Assembly: GCA_964187785.1 (NCBI GenBank)
Contig: OZ076410.1
Location: 77,252,001-77,315,810 of the forward strand
Source: Amphiscolops sp. MND2022
Lineage: Eukaryota
Reading direction: 5' to 3'
DNA length: 63,810 bases
How positions within the stretch are numbered: the first letter of the stretch is position 1; every line of letters starts with the position of its first letter. Below the pieces are notes generated by a model, which was given only the letters and a program-made list of their open reading frames with translations, searched no databases and had not been told where the DNA came from. Shown here in pieces: positions 25,801 through 38,529 of the stretch. The position numbers and the translations under genes are program-made.

Positions 25801-26725
25801 CCAGTAGAAAGACAAATACATTCAAAATGAAAAAATGGACCTCAAAACTATCGAAATGATTGAGAAACAAGATCCATCTGAAGAAACACAGAAACTGACA
25901 ACCCGATGGAGAGAAATAACGAAACCCGGAGATTATCGTTATACCCAAGGACAGTGGAAGCGGTATAACCCCCCGAAAACACAAAAAGCAGAACAAAAGA
26001 AAATCGAAGTCGAGCTATGGCAAAGAAGAAATAAACTTCTATGGCAGAGAATGGATGGAAAGGTGAATACAGAAACGCAAAAAGAGGTTGAACGGAAGAG
26101 AATTCCACAGAGTGATCAACAAAATAAGAAATCTGCCAAAACCAAAGGAGCTCGGACAAGGAACAATTAGACAACAAACGGAAACAATACAGCCCGACCT
26201 GGAAATACCGGAATTTGAAGATGCAGAAACGATGTCATCCGGTTCGAAAAACACAATCGCGGTACCGGCGATTAATTTCAAACGATATCTGGGAGCAACA
26301 GGTGTCAGATATAGTAAGATGAGAAAAGCGAGCAAAATACAAACTAACAACCAATGGAATCTGGAAGAAACGATCCGCCAATTAGAGCAGAAATTCGCCA
26401 CAGACCTAAAAACAATAGCGGGGAAACAAGCAATGACGAGAAGGTTTTGAAAACACTGGTATCCCTAGAAAGAAAAACCTTTGAACAAATACCAGAAGAG
26501 TACAAAGAATACAAAAAACACTTATCAACAAGGTTCGGCGTTGTCTTTTACGACGACAAGATAATTATTCCCAAGGCGCTGAGAAGAACGATCATTACTT
26601 TACTGCACAAGGGACATCCAGCGATCAACAAAATGTCCGCAGCGGCAAAGCCCTTCTGGTGGCCCAAACTAACAAAGGAGGTACAAAACAAATGCGACGA
26701 ATGTATCCCCTGCAAAATGGCTACA
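22870..26725 (+). mobile_element. Decayed Ty3/gypsy LTR retrotransposon, copy 1 (gag-PR-RT-RH-spacer-partial IN)
   Basis: Gag knuckle CGQCGAPNW...CPAK..ECRNCKKRGHY; protease FIIDSGSPVTL; RT LDSRKLN, KLDFDYAY, WLDD (~24704); RNase H (D>H)ASTKGLGATLWQ...ELELLAVV...TDHQ; integrase zinc finger LHKGHP...FWWP...CDECIPC. Many stops and frameshifts; integrase core absent. Confidence 0.92.
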
Positions 26726-26959
26726 CCAGCGGAAATCATCCAAGTGTACTCATTCAACAACGGAGATGGCGAGTACGAGTTTGAGAACAAATCCGGAAAA
26801 TCCTACTAAAAAGCTATAATTGTGCTATCAATTGATATTTGCTTTGAGAAGAAATTTTAAGAGGATGGGACTCATTTTTTGGAAAGCATGAGGGCTGCAA
26901 TTCCCTTGCAAGTTTCGAGAAACCTGTACCACTGGAGAAACGATAAGAATTTTCTCGAA

Positions 26960-27560
26960 ACGAGACGATGAGATCTATATCAAGGACAGACTGTGGAAAA
27001 GAAAGCTGGCTCGATTGTACAATAACAGAAGGCGAACTTTGACGCGCGAAACAAGCAACGCTATCACTTCTCGACCGCTAGGCGAAAAGAAAAGGACAGT
27101 GTTGCCAGAGAAAGAAAGAGATATAGATAGATAGATGGATAGACAGATAGGTAAATAGATAGAGATAGCAACAGGTGTAAGTATCCAGAGGAGGTGAAAC
27201 CGTAAACTGGTTAAGCTAAAACATGCCCTGGATAATGGTAAGGAGAGCAACATTGAGTTCCAGAAGTCCATCGAGATTGAACCGGAGGCTGACGCGAGTG
27301 AAGAGCAGGCCAGAATGCGGAGGTGAACTCACCAAGAAGCAAACATGTGCGCTAGGTTCCTGAGTAGTTTGTGACGACGAAGTACATGCAACGTAAACTA
27401 GAAACTGAAGTAGAACAAATGGAATTGAGACTACATTGAACTTATTTTGTGTTTGAATCATTAAGTTTTTACTTTGTACGTTTTTTTACCTAGTTGTGTT
27501 ATGAATTTATATAGATTGATTGTTTGCCCCTTTTATATTGTTGGGGGAATGTGGTAGAGA
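26960..27560 (+). mobile_element. Possible 3' end of an LTR retroelement (pol tail, 3' UTR, PPT, LTR start)
   Basis: RRLTRVKSRPE-like tail near 27290; GGGGGAA followed by TGTGG at 27543-27554 resembles the PPT/LTR junction of copy 4 (AGAGGGAA-TGTGG). No LTR end identified. Confidence 0.3.
27115..27170. repeat. Imperfect (GATA)n microsatellite
   Basis: gatatagatagatagatggatagacagataggtaaatagatagagatag read directly. Confidence 0.85.
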
Positions 27561-30500
27561 TAATCTCGACGTCGTTTAAAAACAACCTGCAAAAATGCGA
27601 AGCCGAAAAAAGTTAATTAGATGTTACCCTTAGCATCAATATCACACAAGTGTACAGTCTGTTCAAAAGTTAATTGTTTTACTGCTTCAAGCGATTATAT
27701 GAACTGCGATTTTGGTTGATTTGATTAAAAAAGGAGTTTGAAATTGTTTTCAGGGTACTGACACTACCTACACTTGATGAAGTTGAAAGGAAAATTCAAC
27801 AAAATCGCAAAAAGAGGCTTGACAATGAAAGCAGAACGCAAAGATTGGTTTCACTCGATTATTTCTGATCAGATTTTTCTATCAGAAATACCGTGGATCG
27901 TTGATCACCATGAAATGGATTGGAAATTTCCAGAAAAAACAACTTTCTATCAGTAGGATATTATCTTTGGAAAGTGTTCAGTTTTGTCTTCAAACCAGTA
28001 GACCCAAGGTTTCTTCATGGCGTTTCAGCCAACTGATTTGATTCTTTGGAAAAAGTGAGGTAATTTCTGAAAAGATACGAAGTTAGAAATCATTAAAGTT
28101 TACATAGAGTTTGCATATTAAGCGCCCTCTTCACTGCAAATAGATGATGCCGCCGTTTTTTCAGCTTTTAGAAATGTAAAATCTATTGAATACTTGGTTT
28201 AGCAAGCGGATAAAAAGTTTCCGGACTATGTTTTTTTTACAAACTTGTTTCATTGACAAACAACGAACACCCCCAACACAAGCGCCCGCGGGGAGGGAGT
28301 GTATAGGGGAATAAGAGACAAGGTTCACGTTGCCAGTAAAGATAATATAAGCGTTGATAATTTTGCAGCTCGTTTGATCTATGCTGAAATCAAAAGTATC
28401 TTCTTAGATGAATGGTAGTCAGTCTAGAACACGAACGAAGTTTGCTTTTGGCTGTTTCAAAATTTTGTGTCGCAGACATTTCGACTACCAAGAAAGACAA
28501 TGAAAGCAAACTAACCACTTCGGATACAAATGCATATTCAAGCTGGAAAGCAGTTTGAGAAAGTTCTAAGGTTAAAATATGTACCAATGCTCAATCCTGG
28601 GCTTATGAATACGTAGATCGTTAAAAGTTAATACATCAGTTTTGAACATTCTCTCATTTTTGATGCTATAATATAAAAATACATAGACCAAAAGTTGTCG
28701 GTACCCATAAGACAAATTCTGTTAGGAAATATACATGAGCAAGTCAATGTGAAGGCATTTTTCGAGACATTTTTTTTCGTTCTCTCAATCTTTCCATCAT
28801 ATTTCACTGAACGTTAATTTGGTCAAAGTTGTGATTGGCCGACAGAGTTTTTACGAAGCAACAGTATAAAACTGACAGACCTTTCAGCCGCTTTCAACCA
28901 TTAAACATTTTAGTGATCTACTAAATCCGTCCCTATCAAGATCCAGTTTCTTCAACCACTTCTCAATGCAAAACTACGACAAATTCTTTTTGTTCTCAAC
29001 TGAGGAACCTGTTCCTTGACAAAAAAGCGGGACCGACTGCTAGCCAAAGGTTGTCGGCTCAAATGGAGGCTTTCAGGAATCTTTCTCATAATGTCTAATT
29101 TTTTTGGAACTCAATAACGAAAGTAAATGAGCAACCTTGGTTCACCTGACTGAATCTACATCTACTTTAGATTAGGATTTTCTTGAAAAAATTGAAATGA
29201 ACAATTTAGAGGAAAACGTTCATTAAAGTCGTCAACAATTGATGTTCCACTTGAGGCTGAAAGTGTTTAGGCTCTACGTTTTTAAAAATAAGTTCAGGAA
29301 ATTTTTAAAACAAGTCACAAGAAACATTCGAAACACCCAAAGGGCGCCTCTTGTAGTTGTTTCATTTGTTCTCTCCAGTTTTTGTTCTTTCCGCTCACGA
29401 CTGTCAACTAAGAAACCTGATTGCAATTTTTTGAATTAATGAGGAAGATGATAGGTATAAAACCCAAGCGAGCACGTTCACTAAATACAATCTACAGTTC
29501 CCAATAAAGTATACGACAACAATCTAATCCGCGATTCAGCCAGGTACGTTAGGCACAATTCACTCTTGTTGAAGCACCAACTTCGAAAAGTCACAAGTCC
29601 TGTACTTGTCAGTTAATCTACTCTGAGCTAGCTAGTTTATTTCAGTATTTTCCAATTCCTCCCTTAGGCGTTGTTGTTTTTCGCACGTGCTTCAGATGGT
29701 TACATCTTCACTTTTCGTCATAATTGACATTTTCACTATTGGCATCGGCATCCTAAATTTGCATGTGTTGACGTATTATTTTATGGCATAGCAAACGCCA
29801 CTAGTTACACTTCAACTAAACTCTCTTTGCCGACAACGACAAAAAGATCAATAACTTGTCCAAAGTTCACCTTCCATGGTAATTCAAGTCAGCCAGGATA
29901 TTTCAGACGTCGAGACAATCGTTCTTCAAGACGATATTACAAGCCAAGAACCAATGTCTGTTATCGGTTGGGCAAGTGTGTCCGGTTCCGCGTGCATTCA
30001 ATAAAAAATACTCCACGCTCAATGGCCCGAGTAGTGTAAATTTCTTGTATTTTACTTAGGGTTTGTACGTAAACATCTTATGCAAGTTTTTTTGATCTTT
30101 GGATAAACTGATGAGGATTTACATAAGATTCGGAGTTTGTTTACATAGGGCCGGTGCTCCCCATGTGCGTGTCTTAGGGTTCCAAAGTATACGCAATGTC
30201 TTAGTATTCCATGGGATATCAAGTCCACATATAATACGACCTGTTCCGAGCAATGCCGTCGCGCTCGTAGGCGTTTCGACCTTGTGCGCTTCTGATACCA
30301 ATAGCCCGGGGGTACGAGGGTCCCATCTTGGTCTCAACTATACAAACAAAAAGCACTACTGCTCATGTATTTGTGTGCCAAAACTCATGTCTCCACGATT
30401 AAAAGTTTTTGAGAAAAACAAATTGGAGTGTTTCAATTTATTGATGTTCGATTTTCCAGTTTGATGTATTTAAAAAGTTTCACTTTTAGTAAAATTTGCG

Positions 30501-30699
30501 CTGAGAAATCAATTCTGTTTTAACTGTTTCGAACATTTACATCGCTGACGTCAATTCTAAATGCTACTTAAATTGTGAAAATTATCGTCTACCAAGTAAA
30601 CACCAGGTTTGCCAAAGAAGCATTAACAAAACACGCTAAGATCAGCCATTCCAACTGATTTTACTGATCCGACGAGTCTAGAAACGGAATAGAAAAGCT

Positions 30700-31372
30700 C
30701 TATCTTTCTTCCGGGCTTGGCTCGTAATATTGTGATTTTAGTAAAAAAAAACGCCAAAATCTAAAAATTGCACAATTTCCTTTGGAAATAACGTCAAAAT
30801 TCGGATATAGCGCAAAATTTTCCAACCTCCACCTCTTTTTCGGTAAAACGCAACCTCGAAAATAGCGTGCTCCTCTTTCGTGAAACGTGGTATAGTTCGG
30901 ATAAAAAGTCAAAAAATCGAATTCAGCGTATAAGTATTGAAAAACAACAATTGATATATGCTGAAAAAGCCTAACGTTCAAGCAGAAAGTCTTTTTTAAA
31001 AACCTAAAAATGCCGAAAAATAAAAAAATTCACTTGTGGCCTTTCAAACATCCAATTTGCTGTTAAATTTCAAAAACAATATAAGGGGGCGTTTGGAGGT
31101 ATTTAAAAAGTTTCGAAAAAAGTCTCACAAAGCCGAAAAAAATCGAAAATGGAACCTTTAGTTTCGTCCGGTTTTGTATGTTACGTTTGAAAACGAAGAA
31201 AATATGAAAGGGGGACACTTCGCACTGATTTAGATACGTTTCTGTGGTATTCATTTATTTCAACAAACTGAACAAGAATTCCATCGCATTCGTGCCTATT
31301 ATATAGAAAAGAAGGAGGAAAGAAACTAGTGACTTCAAAACTCGTCTTTTATTCTGATATCGCCGACCAAAA
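30700..31372 (-). mobile_element. Diverged HINE family copy
   Basis: Minus-strand 5' ttttggtcggcg at ~31372; interior cgtaacatacaaaaccggacgaaactaaagg...tttttcggctttgtgagac matches other copies; canonical 3' end not seen. Confidence 0.55.
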
Positions 31373-31759
31373 ATGAGTAAAATGAAGACTTTGTTATTTT
31401 ACGAAATCCAAAATACTATGGTCAGTTTTTACATATGACTCATATTAGACATACATTCATTACCTGTTAATGTTTAAAAAGGTTCTCTAGCTGGTGGCTT
31501 GTCTAGACTAGGCTACATTATCAAACTTCATATCAAGTTTCCAATTTGAAACAGAACGTGCGAAATCGTTTACGCTTCAGTCAGTCTGCAGGAAGCAATC
31601 TTTCGATTGGATCCAATACGCAAGAAAATGGCCGAAGCAAAAAAAAGCCTCTAAAAATTTATTCCCTTTTGCAGATATTGTCACTTTAGTGCAGTCAGTT
31701 CGCCATACTGAGCACTAAACACCGAAACCGGTTCCATTGCAGTTTAACTCGGCAGAATC

Positions 31760-31810
31760 ATTTTTAGTCGGCGCTTTATGAAGTAAAACACGACTAATAT
31801 GGTGACTTCC
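31760..31810 (+). mobile_element. HINE 5'-end fragment
   Basis: tttttAGTCGGCGctttatgaagtaaaacaCGACTaatatggtgact, nearly identical to the start of the 40732 copy. Confidence 0.65.
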
Positions 31811-33329
31811 TTTCGTGTTCCATTAATTTTCAGGGCAAATTTCACTTTGTGACTGAACAACGATTTAAACTTTGGGCTCTTATCTTGTCCTCTATGCCGC
31901 GTTTCGTTGTTTCAAAACAATTGACACGCTAACGTAGCTCCTCTGTTTTGTAAGGCCTATATCTTCGAGAGTGTTTGTGATGCAGCTAAAATTCTTCCTC
32001 TGAAAAATGTCCAAGGCAATTGCCTATACCAGAGCAGGCACCATAATAGTCATTTTTGTGCGAAAATTTTATCGCATGAGTTTGAAATCCCATTTCCAGC
32101 CAATTGGCAACTAAAATCTCCCGAATCATTAGCTGCACTGGCTTGATGGGAAAAACGTTTCTATGGTGAACTTCCATCTCGCTTAATTTTTTAATTAGTG
32201 ATTTTTTGACAAAAAAAAATATTGATCAGTTGCGACGTTTTACTCTATTTGGTTTTCTTAGACCGATATCATCGACAGTACTTGTGATGCCTCCTGTAAA
32301 CACTCCTGCAAACATTCCTTCTGTGAACGATGCCCGCTGCAATAATATCAATGTTCTAGTGCTAATATTTTGAACAAGAGCATGCTTCATCGTGTTTCGT
32401 TAGGTTGAGGTTTTCAGCCAGAAGGCCATTGTTATTCGACATTTTTCGAGATGCTGGCATTATGCTCAGTGCTTTTTCAGACTCCAGAGAGCCCTCTTAT
32501 AGAACTCCTTTCATCTCACTAAAGAAAGTACTTGTTACAATCTAAATATTCACTGACGAAGTGCAACTTTGTATCATCTTTAGTTTCCTCTGGCCAAAAT
32601 CTTCGAGGCTGTGCAGAAATCGTTCGTCTAACAAGAAATACCTTTTGTTTGCCTCTGTTCTAGTGCAGGAAAATTGAACCAGAATAGGCTCCTTCTTAGT
32701 CGTTTCTGTCGGAAATTCAATAGGTTCAGCTTATAATCCCACTTCCCAACAAAAACCCAGAAAATTTCCCTTTGTGGGGCCTCTCGTGAAACTACTTTCA
32801 TCTCGCTGAAGCAGCTACTTAGTGCATTTTCGGACGAAACTGAATATTGATCAAATGAGACTTTTCGCCAATTTTTCTAAGGACATTGTTTTCGACATTG
32901 TCCGCGATACAGTAAAACACAGTGCACTAAAAGACATCCTAGCAGAACTCCCATGCTTTAATGCTAAATTGATCAACCGGGGCGTGCTCCTTCAATACTT
33001 TTTGACCCATTTGGGGTATTACCTTGATTGCAACTTTCACTGATGATTTCTTGGGTCTCACTAGTAAAAGTTGATTGATCAAATGCGACAATCAGAAAGC
33101 ACACTGGAACAACAGTTTAATATTTAGACGAGCATTCCCAAAGTCATTCTGTTGAAAAAACCAGTAGTCCGTGCATCGTGCTTACAATTTTATACGAAAG
33201 ATATTTTCCACAAAATTCGCTCGAGAATCGTTATCAACTTGGAAATTGGGCTTTCAAGCATTCAATTTTCTGGCCGACATTTTCACAATCTGCTTTCGAC
33301 GAACATTTCTGTGTCTTCATGACCTAAAC

Positions 33330-36300
33330 AGAATGATTGGGACATGAGATTAATGAAAAAGGAATCAAAAAGACCGAAAAAAGTGGAAGCAATATTGAGA
33401 CTAAAACTACCGGAAAATACAATAGAACTGAAAGCATTTCTCGGAGCAATACATTTCAAGGCAAAACTTTCAGCGAATCTTTTGGAACGAACAGATCAAT
33501 TGAGAAAATTATTGAAAAAAACAACCATAGATATGGGGAGACGAACAGCAAAAAGACTACGGAAAAAAACATGTTAACCGAATGACCATGTCTAGCACAT
33601 TATGCGAAAGACAAAGATAACATAGTAACAACAGATGCCAGTACAACCGGACACGGTGTAACACTGTGGCAGAAAGAGGACGACAGAAACACAGAACTGA
33701 TAGCATTATGTAGTACATAACTAGCCCAAACTGAAAAGAAAAACTCCATTGGTGAGGTAGAATTAATAGCAGTATTGTGGGATTGGAGAGATTCCGATTT
33801 TACCTCTACGGAAAAAAAGTATACCTATATACGAATTACTAAGCATTAGAGCTAATAATTGAACGGAACTGGCGCAATAAACAGTATAATGCGAGATTAT
33901 CACAGTGGTTAGACCAATGGACGCACTTTGATATATCAATAAAGCACATTGCCGGTAGTATTCTGGAAATTGTCTCAGTAGAAATCCAGTAGCGGGAGCC
34001 ATGCCGGAAAAAAAATAACCAGGAAGAACACGTAATTAACATATTGGCTGACCAATCATAACGCAATAAATACAAATAAGAATTACGTAACAATAACAAC
34101 GAAACACAAAAAAATCATAGAAAGAACCAACCACAAACGAATAGAACATTCGAGAACAAAACCGAACAGAACGAAAGAACTGCAGTCTGATATTAACACT
34201 TTATATTCCAGTCGCGAATTGCCAAACGAGAATACTGAAAACATGGACCGAGAAACAACTACCACTAGATGATATACTATGACTATTTTTATACGCCGCA
34301 ACAATAGTCCGGAAACCAGAAAATTAGTGGAGCAAAGTAACGCTTCATCCCGATCCGGGACCCGGAAACGCCGGTATGACCGACCATCAAAGCCAGAGAA
34401 CGATATTTGCACCTTCCCCGACAAACAAAAGATGGCGAGAAAAATTAGCTGAGATTGACGCCAATTTCAGGAGAAGAGCAAACAGGTAGAGTGTAAGATA
34501 TCAGCCAAAAGCTGAAGAACTCGAAGAAAATCCGGAAAAAGGAGAAATTGACGAAGAGTTGAAAGATTCGGAGGAAAGTAGAATAATATTGCGCGGAGAC
34601 AATCTACCAAAAGTTGACTTACACAAATACAACACTGACTGAAGAAAGTGAAATACACCCAGATAAACCACATTGTGAGAAACCTGACAGCGAACAAGAA
34701 ACTGACTGAAAAAACAAAAAAAAAAACAAAAAAGCGGAATTCGAATATATGATGGATCTGAAAAAGTCAATTCAAAAACAGGTTGGGGACTCATTCGTGT
34801 CAGAAGTAGCATCCGGAGAGGAGACCGAGAACCTGCAACAGATCGAAATAAGCCGGTATTTGATAAACTATCACTCCGCTGGGGCCTCGTGTTCGTCGAC
34901 GATCGAATGGTGGTGCCTATTGGTCTCAGGAGACGACTTTTGGTTGTTCTGCACTTCGGTAATTCCGAGATGACAAAGATGGAGACCGGAGCGAAAACAT
35001 TCCGGTGGCCGGAAAAAAATGACTTTGTACGAAAAGCAAGGATTGACCCGCATGCCTCGCATCAGGTAAAAATTCAAATTACCAATTACCGAAAAAAACA
35101 TTACGTAATTTTAGAAAAACTAATCGGAAAACAGATACAACTGCGTTTAACCAGAAAACCACAAAGATACAAAGTCCACGGAACATACAATTATTAATTG
35201 CCGTGGACAATTTTGCAAATGGCCACTGTTAAAACTTGTGAAACGTCGAAAACAAAAAAGTGATGAATTTGTTATCAAGTAGTTTTAAACAATACGGAAT
35301 ACCGCAAAAATTAAATCTGATGAAGGGGCGCCTTTATCTCAAATGAATACCGGGAATTTTGTACAAACCAGAACTTTGAAAGTGAATACTGCACTTCCCA
35401 AATACTAACGGGAAGCGGAGTAGTAGAACGAGCATTCCAGACCTTGAAGAATCTCAAAATAGCGAATATGGAAGTCGTTTAAAACTCAACTGAAAGCGTA
35501 AACTGAGAAATACAAGTAATGCGATTTACCGTGCACGCTGGTCCAAAAAGTTCACCACGGAAACAAACTGAAAACCGACCTAACAAAAGTCATTAAAAAG
35601 GTAAAACATATTTATCTGATTGGTCAGATTTTTCTATTTCAGCACCAAAAAGGCCAAAAACACCAATATATGTTGGCCGCGATGCGGAAGGCAACATTAC
35701 GATCACTATCGCGATAACACGGACAAAAACTGAGGAGAAGCATTTATCTGAAGAACAGTAATCACCGAAAAAGAAAACTTCAGTAAGGTATCCTTTCAAA
35801 TTTGTAGAAAAAATCACAAGAAGTCCTTAGAAGGCAAGTTTCAGAAGAAAAGCAAACCGCGGTAAGTGGAATTGAAAACACCGCGAAAACAGATACCAGA
35901 AACATACTAAGCCGGAAGTTTTTACGGGCCCACTATTACAGACCGAGAAGAAAAAAAGCGGGAACAAGTTCCACTAACTAGCGGTGAAATAGAGCCGAGG
36001 AACAGACACTGTCTACGGAGGCTGGACAAGAAGTATGGCCGATGGGATGAAATCCTCCGTGCACACTCAACAGAAAGATAAAGATAGTACAAAACCGGAG
36101 AAACACTGATACAAAAGCTGATGACGAAGACGACAATGAAGAAATGCCGGGAACGACCGGGAGACCAACATATGACACTTCGCAACGAAATGGCATGTAC
36201 ATCCCGATAAAAGCAAATACGGAAAACGATGCCATACAGATACATTACGATGGAGAAATATCGGGTAAGAACATTGAACCTATAATTCGGCGCTCAAATT

Positions 36301-36478
36301 GAAGTGTAGCTAAACCGAACAGATACGGCAGTGTACCTTATACAGGAGATAGTACAGAAGCCGGCAGTCTTCATTCCAAACGACACGGACTTGACACCAC
36401 CCAGACCACCATTTACATCTGCATCAAAGACCCTCTTCGAATCAACAAAGAAAGTCGAGAAGAAAAGAGAGTGGGAAA
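33330..36478 (+). mobile_element. Decayed Ty3/gypsy copy 2 (RT end, RNase H, spacer, integrase, 3' tail)
   Basis: GHEINEKGIK; ELKAFLGAI; DASTTG.GVTLWQK; LRRRLLVVLHFG...KTFRWP; integrase-core remnants (AVD, GSGVVERAFQTLK); tail KPNRYGSVPY near 36310. Heavily frameshifted. Confidence 0.85.
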
Positions 36479-36692
36479 TGTTAAACTGTTCATCCGTCAC
36501 ATTTGAACTTTACCGAGTTTCAGTTCAATAACACTAGAGGACTATACGAGTTGTTAGTGAACAAACTCAATAAGAACTTAGATTGAATACATTCATTTAA
36601 GATACATTTGTATTGAATAAAACTACGGAGTTAGAAACATTACATTTTATTATCTTTTCTCTTTCTTAGCTTCATAGTCTTAGAACACAACA
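36479..36692 (+). repeat. Putative 3' LTR of gypsy copy 2
   Basis: Purine tract gagaagaaaagagagtgggaaa, then TGTT... to ...AACA (214 bp), with AATAAA near 36617. No second copy in the window to confirm. Confidence 0.5.
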
Positions 36693-36699
36693 CCAAAGG

Positions 36700-37202
36700 G
36701 TTCCATAGTTTTTGAAGCTATTTTTCGTGACTGGACAACACAAAAAGGTTGGTTTTACTGTTTTTTCGGCATTATGGAACTTTTTCCCCAATTTTTTTAC
36801 GTAGTTAAAGGGTCCCTTAATTGGTTATTTTGATCATGTGCACCCAACTGGAAAATAAAAAGACCATAGTGTCTTCTATTTAGCGTTTTTCGGTACAGTG
36901 AGATTTTTTTGCGAAATGTTTTTGATGCTGTGTAACTGATGAGTTTTCTCAATTATTGTGGACTGAGCGACTTTTTTTCGAAACAATTTTCACTTTGTCA
37001 AAAGGTAACCGCCTTTCATTTTGTTAAATACTTTCGGCCTTGAAGACGTTTGGTGAGCGTAAAGCTGCTTCCTTGCCACTGAGATTTTTGCCCGAAGAAA
37101 AACAACTTTTGACAAAAGTGTCCCTTGCATATTTAAGAAAAGAAACTTTGCTCTTTTGAACCTTGAGCGGGGCACCGACTTGGGCCGTTCTCGACTTGTG
37201 TT
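36700..37202 (+). mobile_element. Diverged, 5'-truncated HINE-related copy
   Basis: tttttcggcattatggaac, aaagggtccc modules; 3' ggcaccgacttgggccgttctcgacttgtgtt. Confidence 0.55.
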
Positions 37203-38529
37203 AAATTAAATTGATTGATTCAAATGAATAATCGTAATTGAAAGCATAATTGTTTTCACGGACTGTTCCCGTCGTAAAACTGAAATTCCGGGAGTGGTTT
37301 AATTCTAGAAATGGCTAATAAATTTAATTGTACTTCAGGTTTTCAATTTAGGGCGAGTTTGAAAGCATTCGGTGTTTCTCATGTTGTTGAGTTTAATTAT
37401 TGCATGAGAAATAAGTGTTCGTTTTTATGATGACTGGCTTAAATGTTTTGAAGTTGCCACGTAATAAATTTTGATGGTAATTGAGGTTTTTATTTTTGTT
37501 TTCTTTCTGCTATTTTAAAAAAGTGCCATAGTCATGACAAGCTTTTGACCAAGTCCTCAACAAAACAGTAGGTGTGAAAGAATTATGCCAACAAGTCTTT
37601 TGAAAAACGAAAATTCTGTTAATTGATCCAAAACTGAAAAATGATTCATAGAACGCAGCGATTTTTTATCACTCTGTTGACAGATTTCCACTAAAATAGA
37701 ATAAAATTTACTTCATGGTCATTTTCTGTGAGTCCCTGAACATGAAGCGTCATGCTAGCCAGTACGGTATTTCCGTTTCCAATGAGCAACAGCAACAAAT
37801 CAAAAATCACAAAGTGCTCAAATTTTATCATCGATTATTGTGTGCAATCGGATCCAAATAATGAGGATACGAAATTCATTATGATGAAAACGTAACTGAA
37901 GCATCTTATTTCAAAATTTAGTTGGTCGACGGTTGAAAACGGTTGAAGACTAAACTGTTTGGAATTATAAGATACTAGAGGAAGGAAAAAATCGGAAAAG
38001 CGACAGTTTTCTTGTAGCGCCGCAAAATGCAGTGAAAAAAAGAAATGGTGGGGAATTCGCGCAATTAGACCACCTTGAAAAACAGACTTCTGAAGGTTTG
38101 GGAGAAGCGAGAGGAAAGTAGACAGTTTTCAAATACTCGCTTCTTGTAACTTTCCGTTCATTGGGTCTAGGAAAAGAAGTACAAATTGGTTCAATTTTGG
38201 ATTTCATCCATGGAAAAATTCGTTAGAAGCTGAGACAACAGAAATGATTTTTAAACGAACAATTCGTTCTGAAACTAAAAGTAACCGAAATGAAATGAAA
38301 AAAAAACTTTTTTTCCAATTGTCCACTTTCATGAGTTCCTTATGAGATGCGCCGACTAAAGACAAATGCAACTAAAAAAGTGAAATGTTCTTTGGGTATT
38401 AAATTTTTGGGCGGGAAAATATATGAAGGACAAGTTCAGTTTACACGAGAAACAATTGAGTGAGTATTTGTGGAAAACTGGCTAAAAGTTTCGTAGAAAA
38501 CGCAGTGGGTGTCTTTGGTGCGGTTCCCC

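Noticed and set aside
33023-33060. 38-nt minus-strand micro-exon candidate encoding RPKKSSVKVAIK (kinase subdomain II-like)
   Set aside because: The motif is too short and no other kinase exons were found; probably chance.
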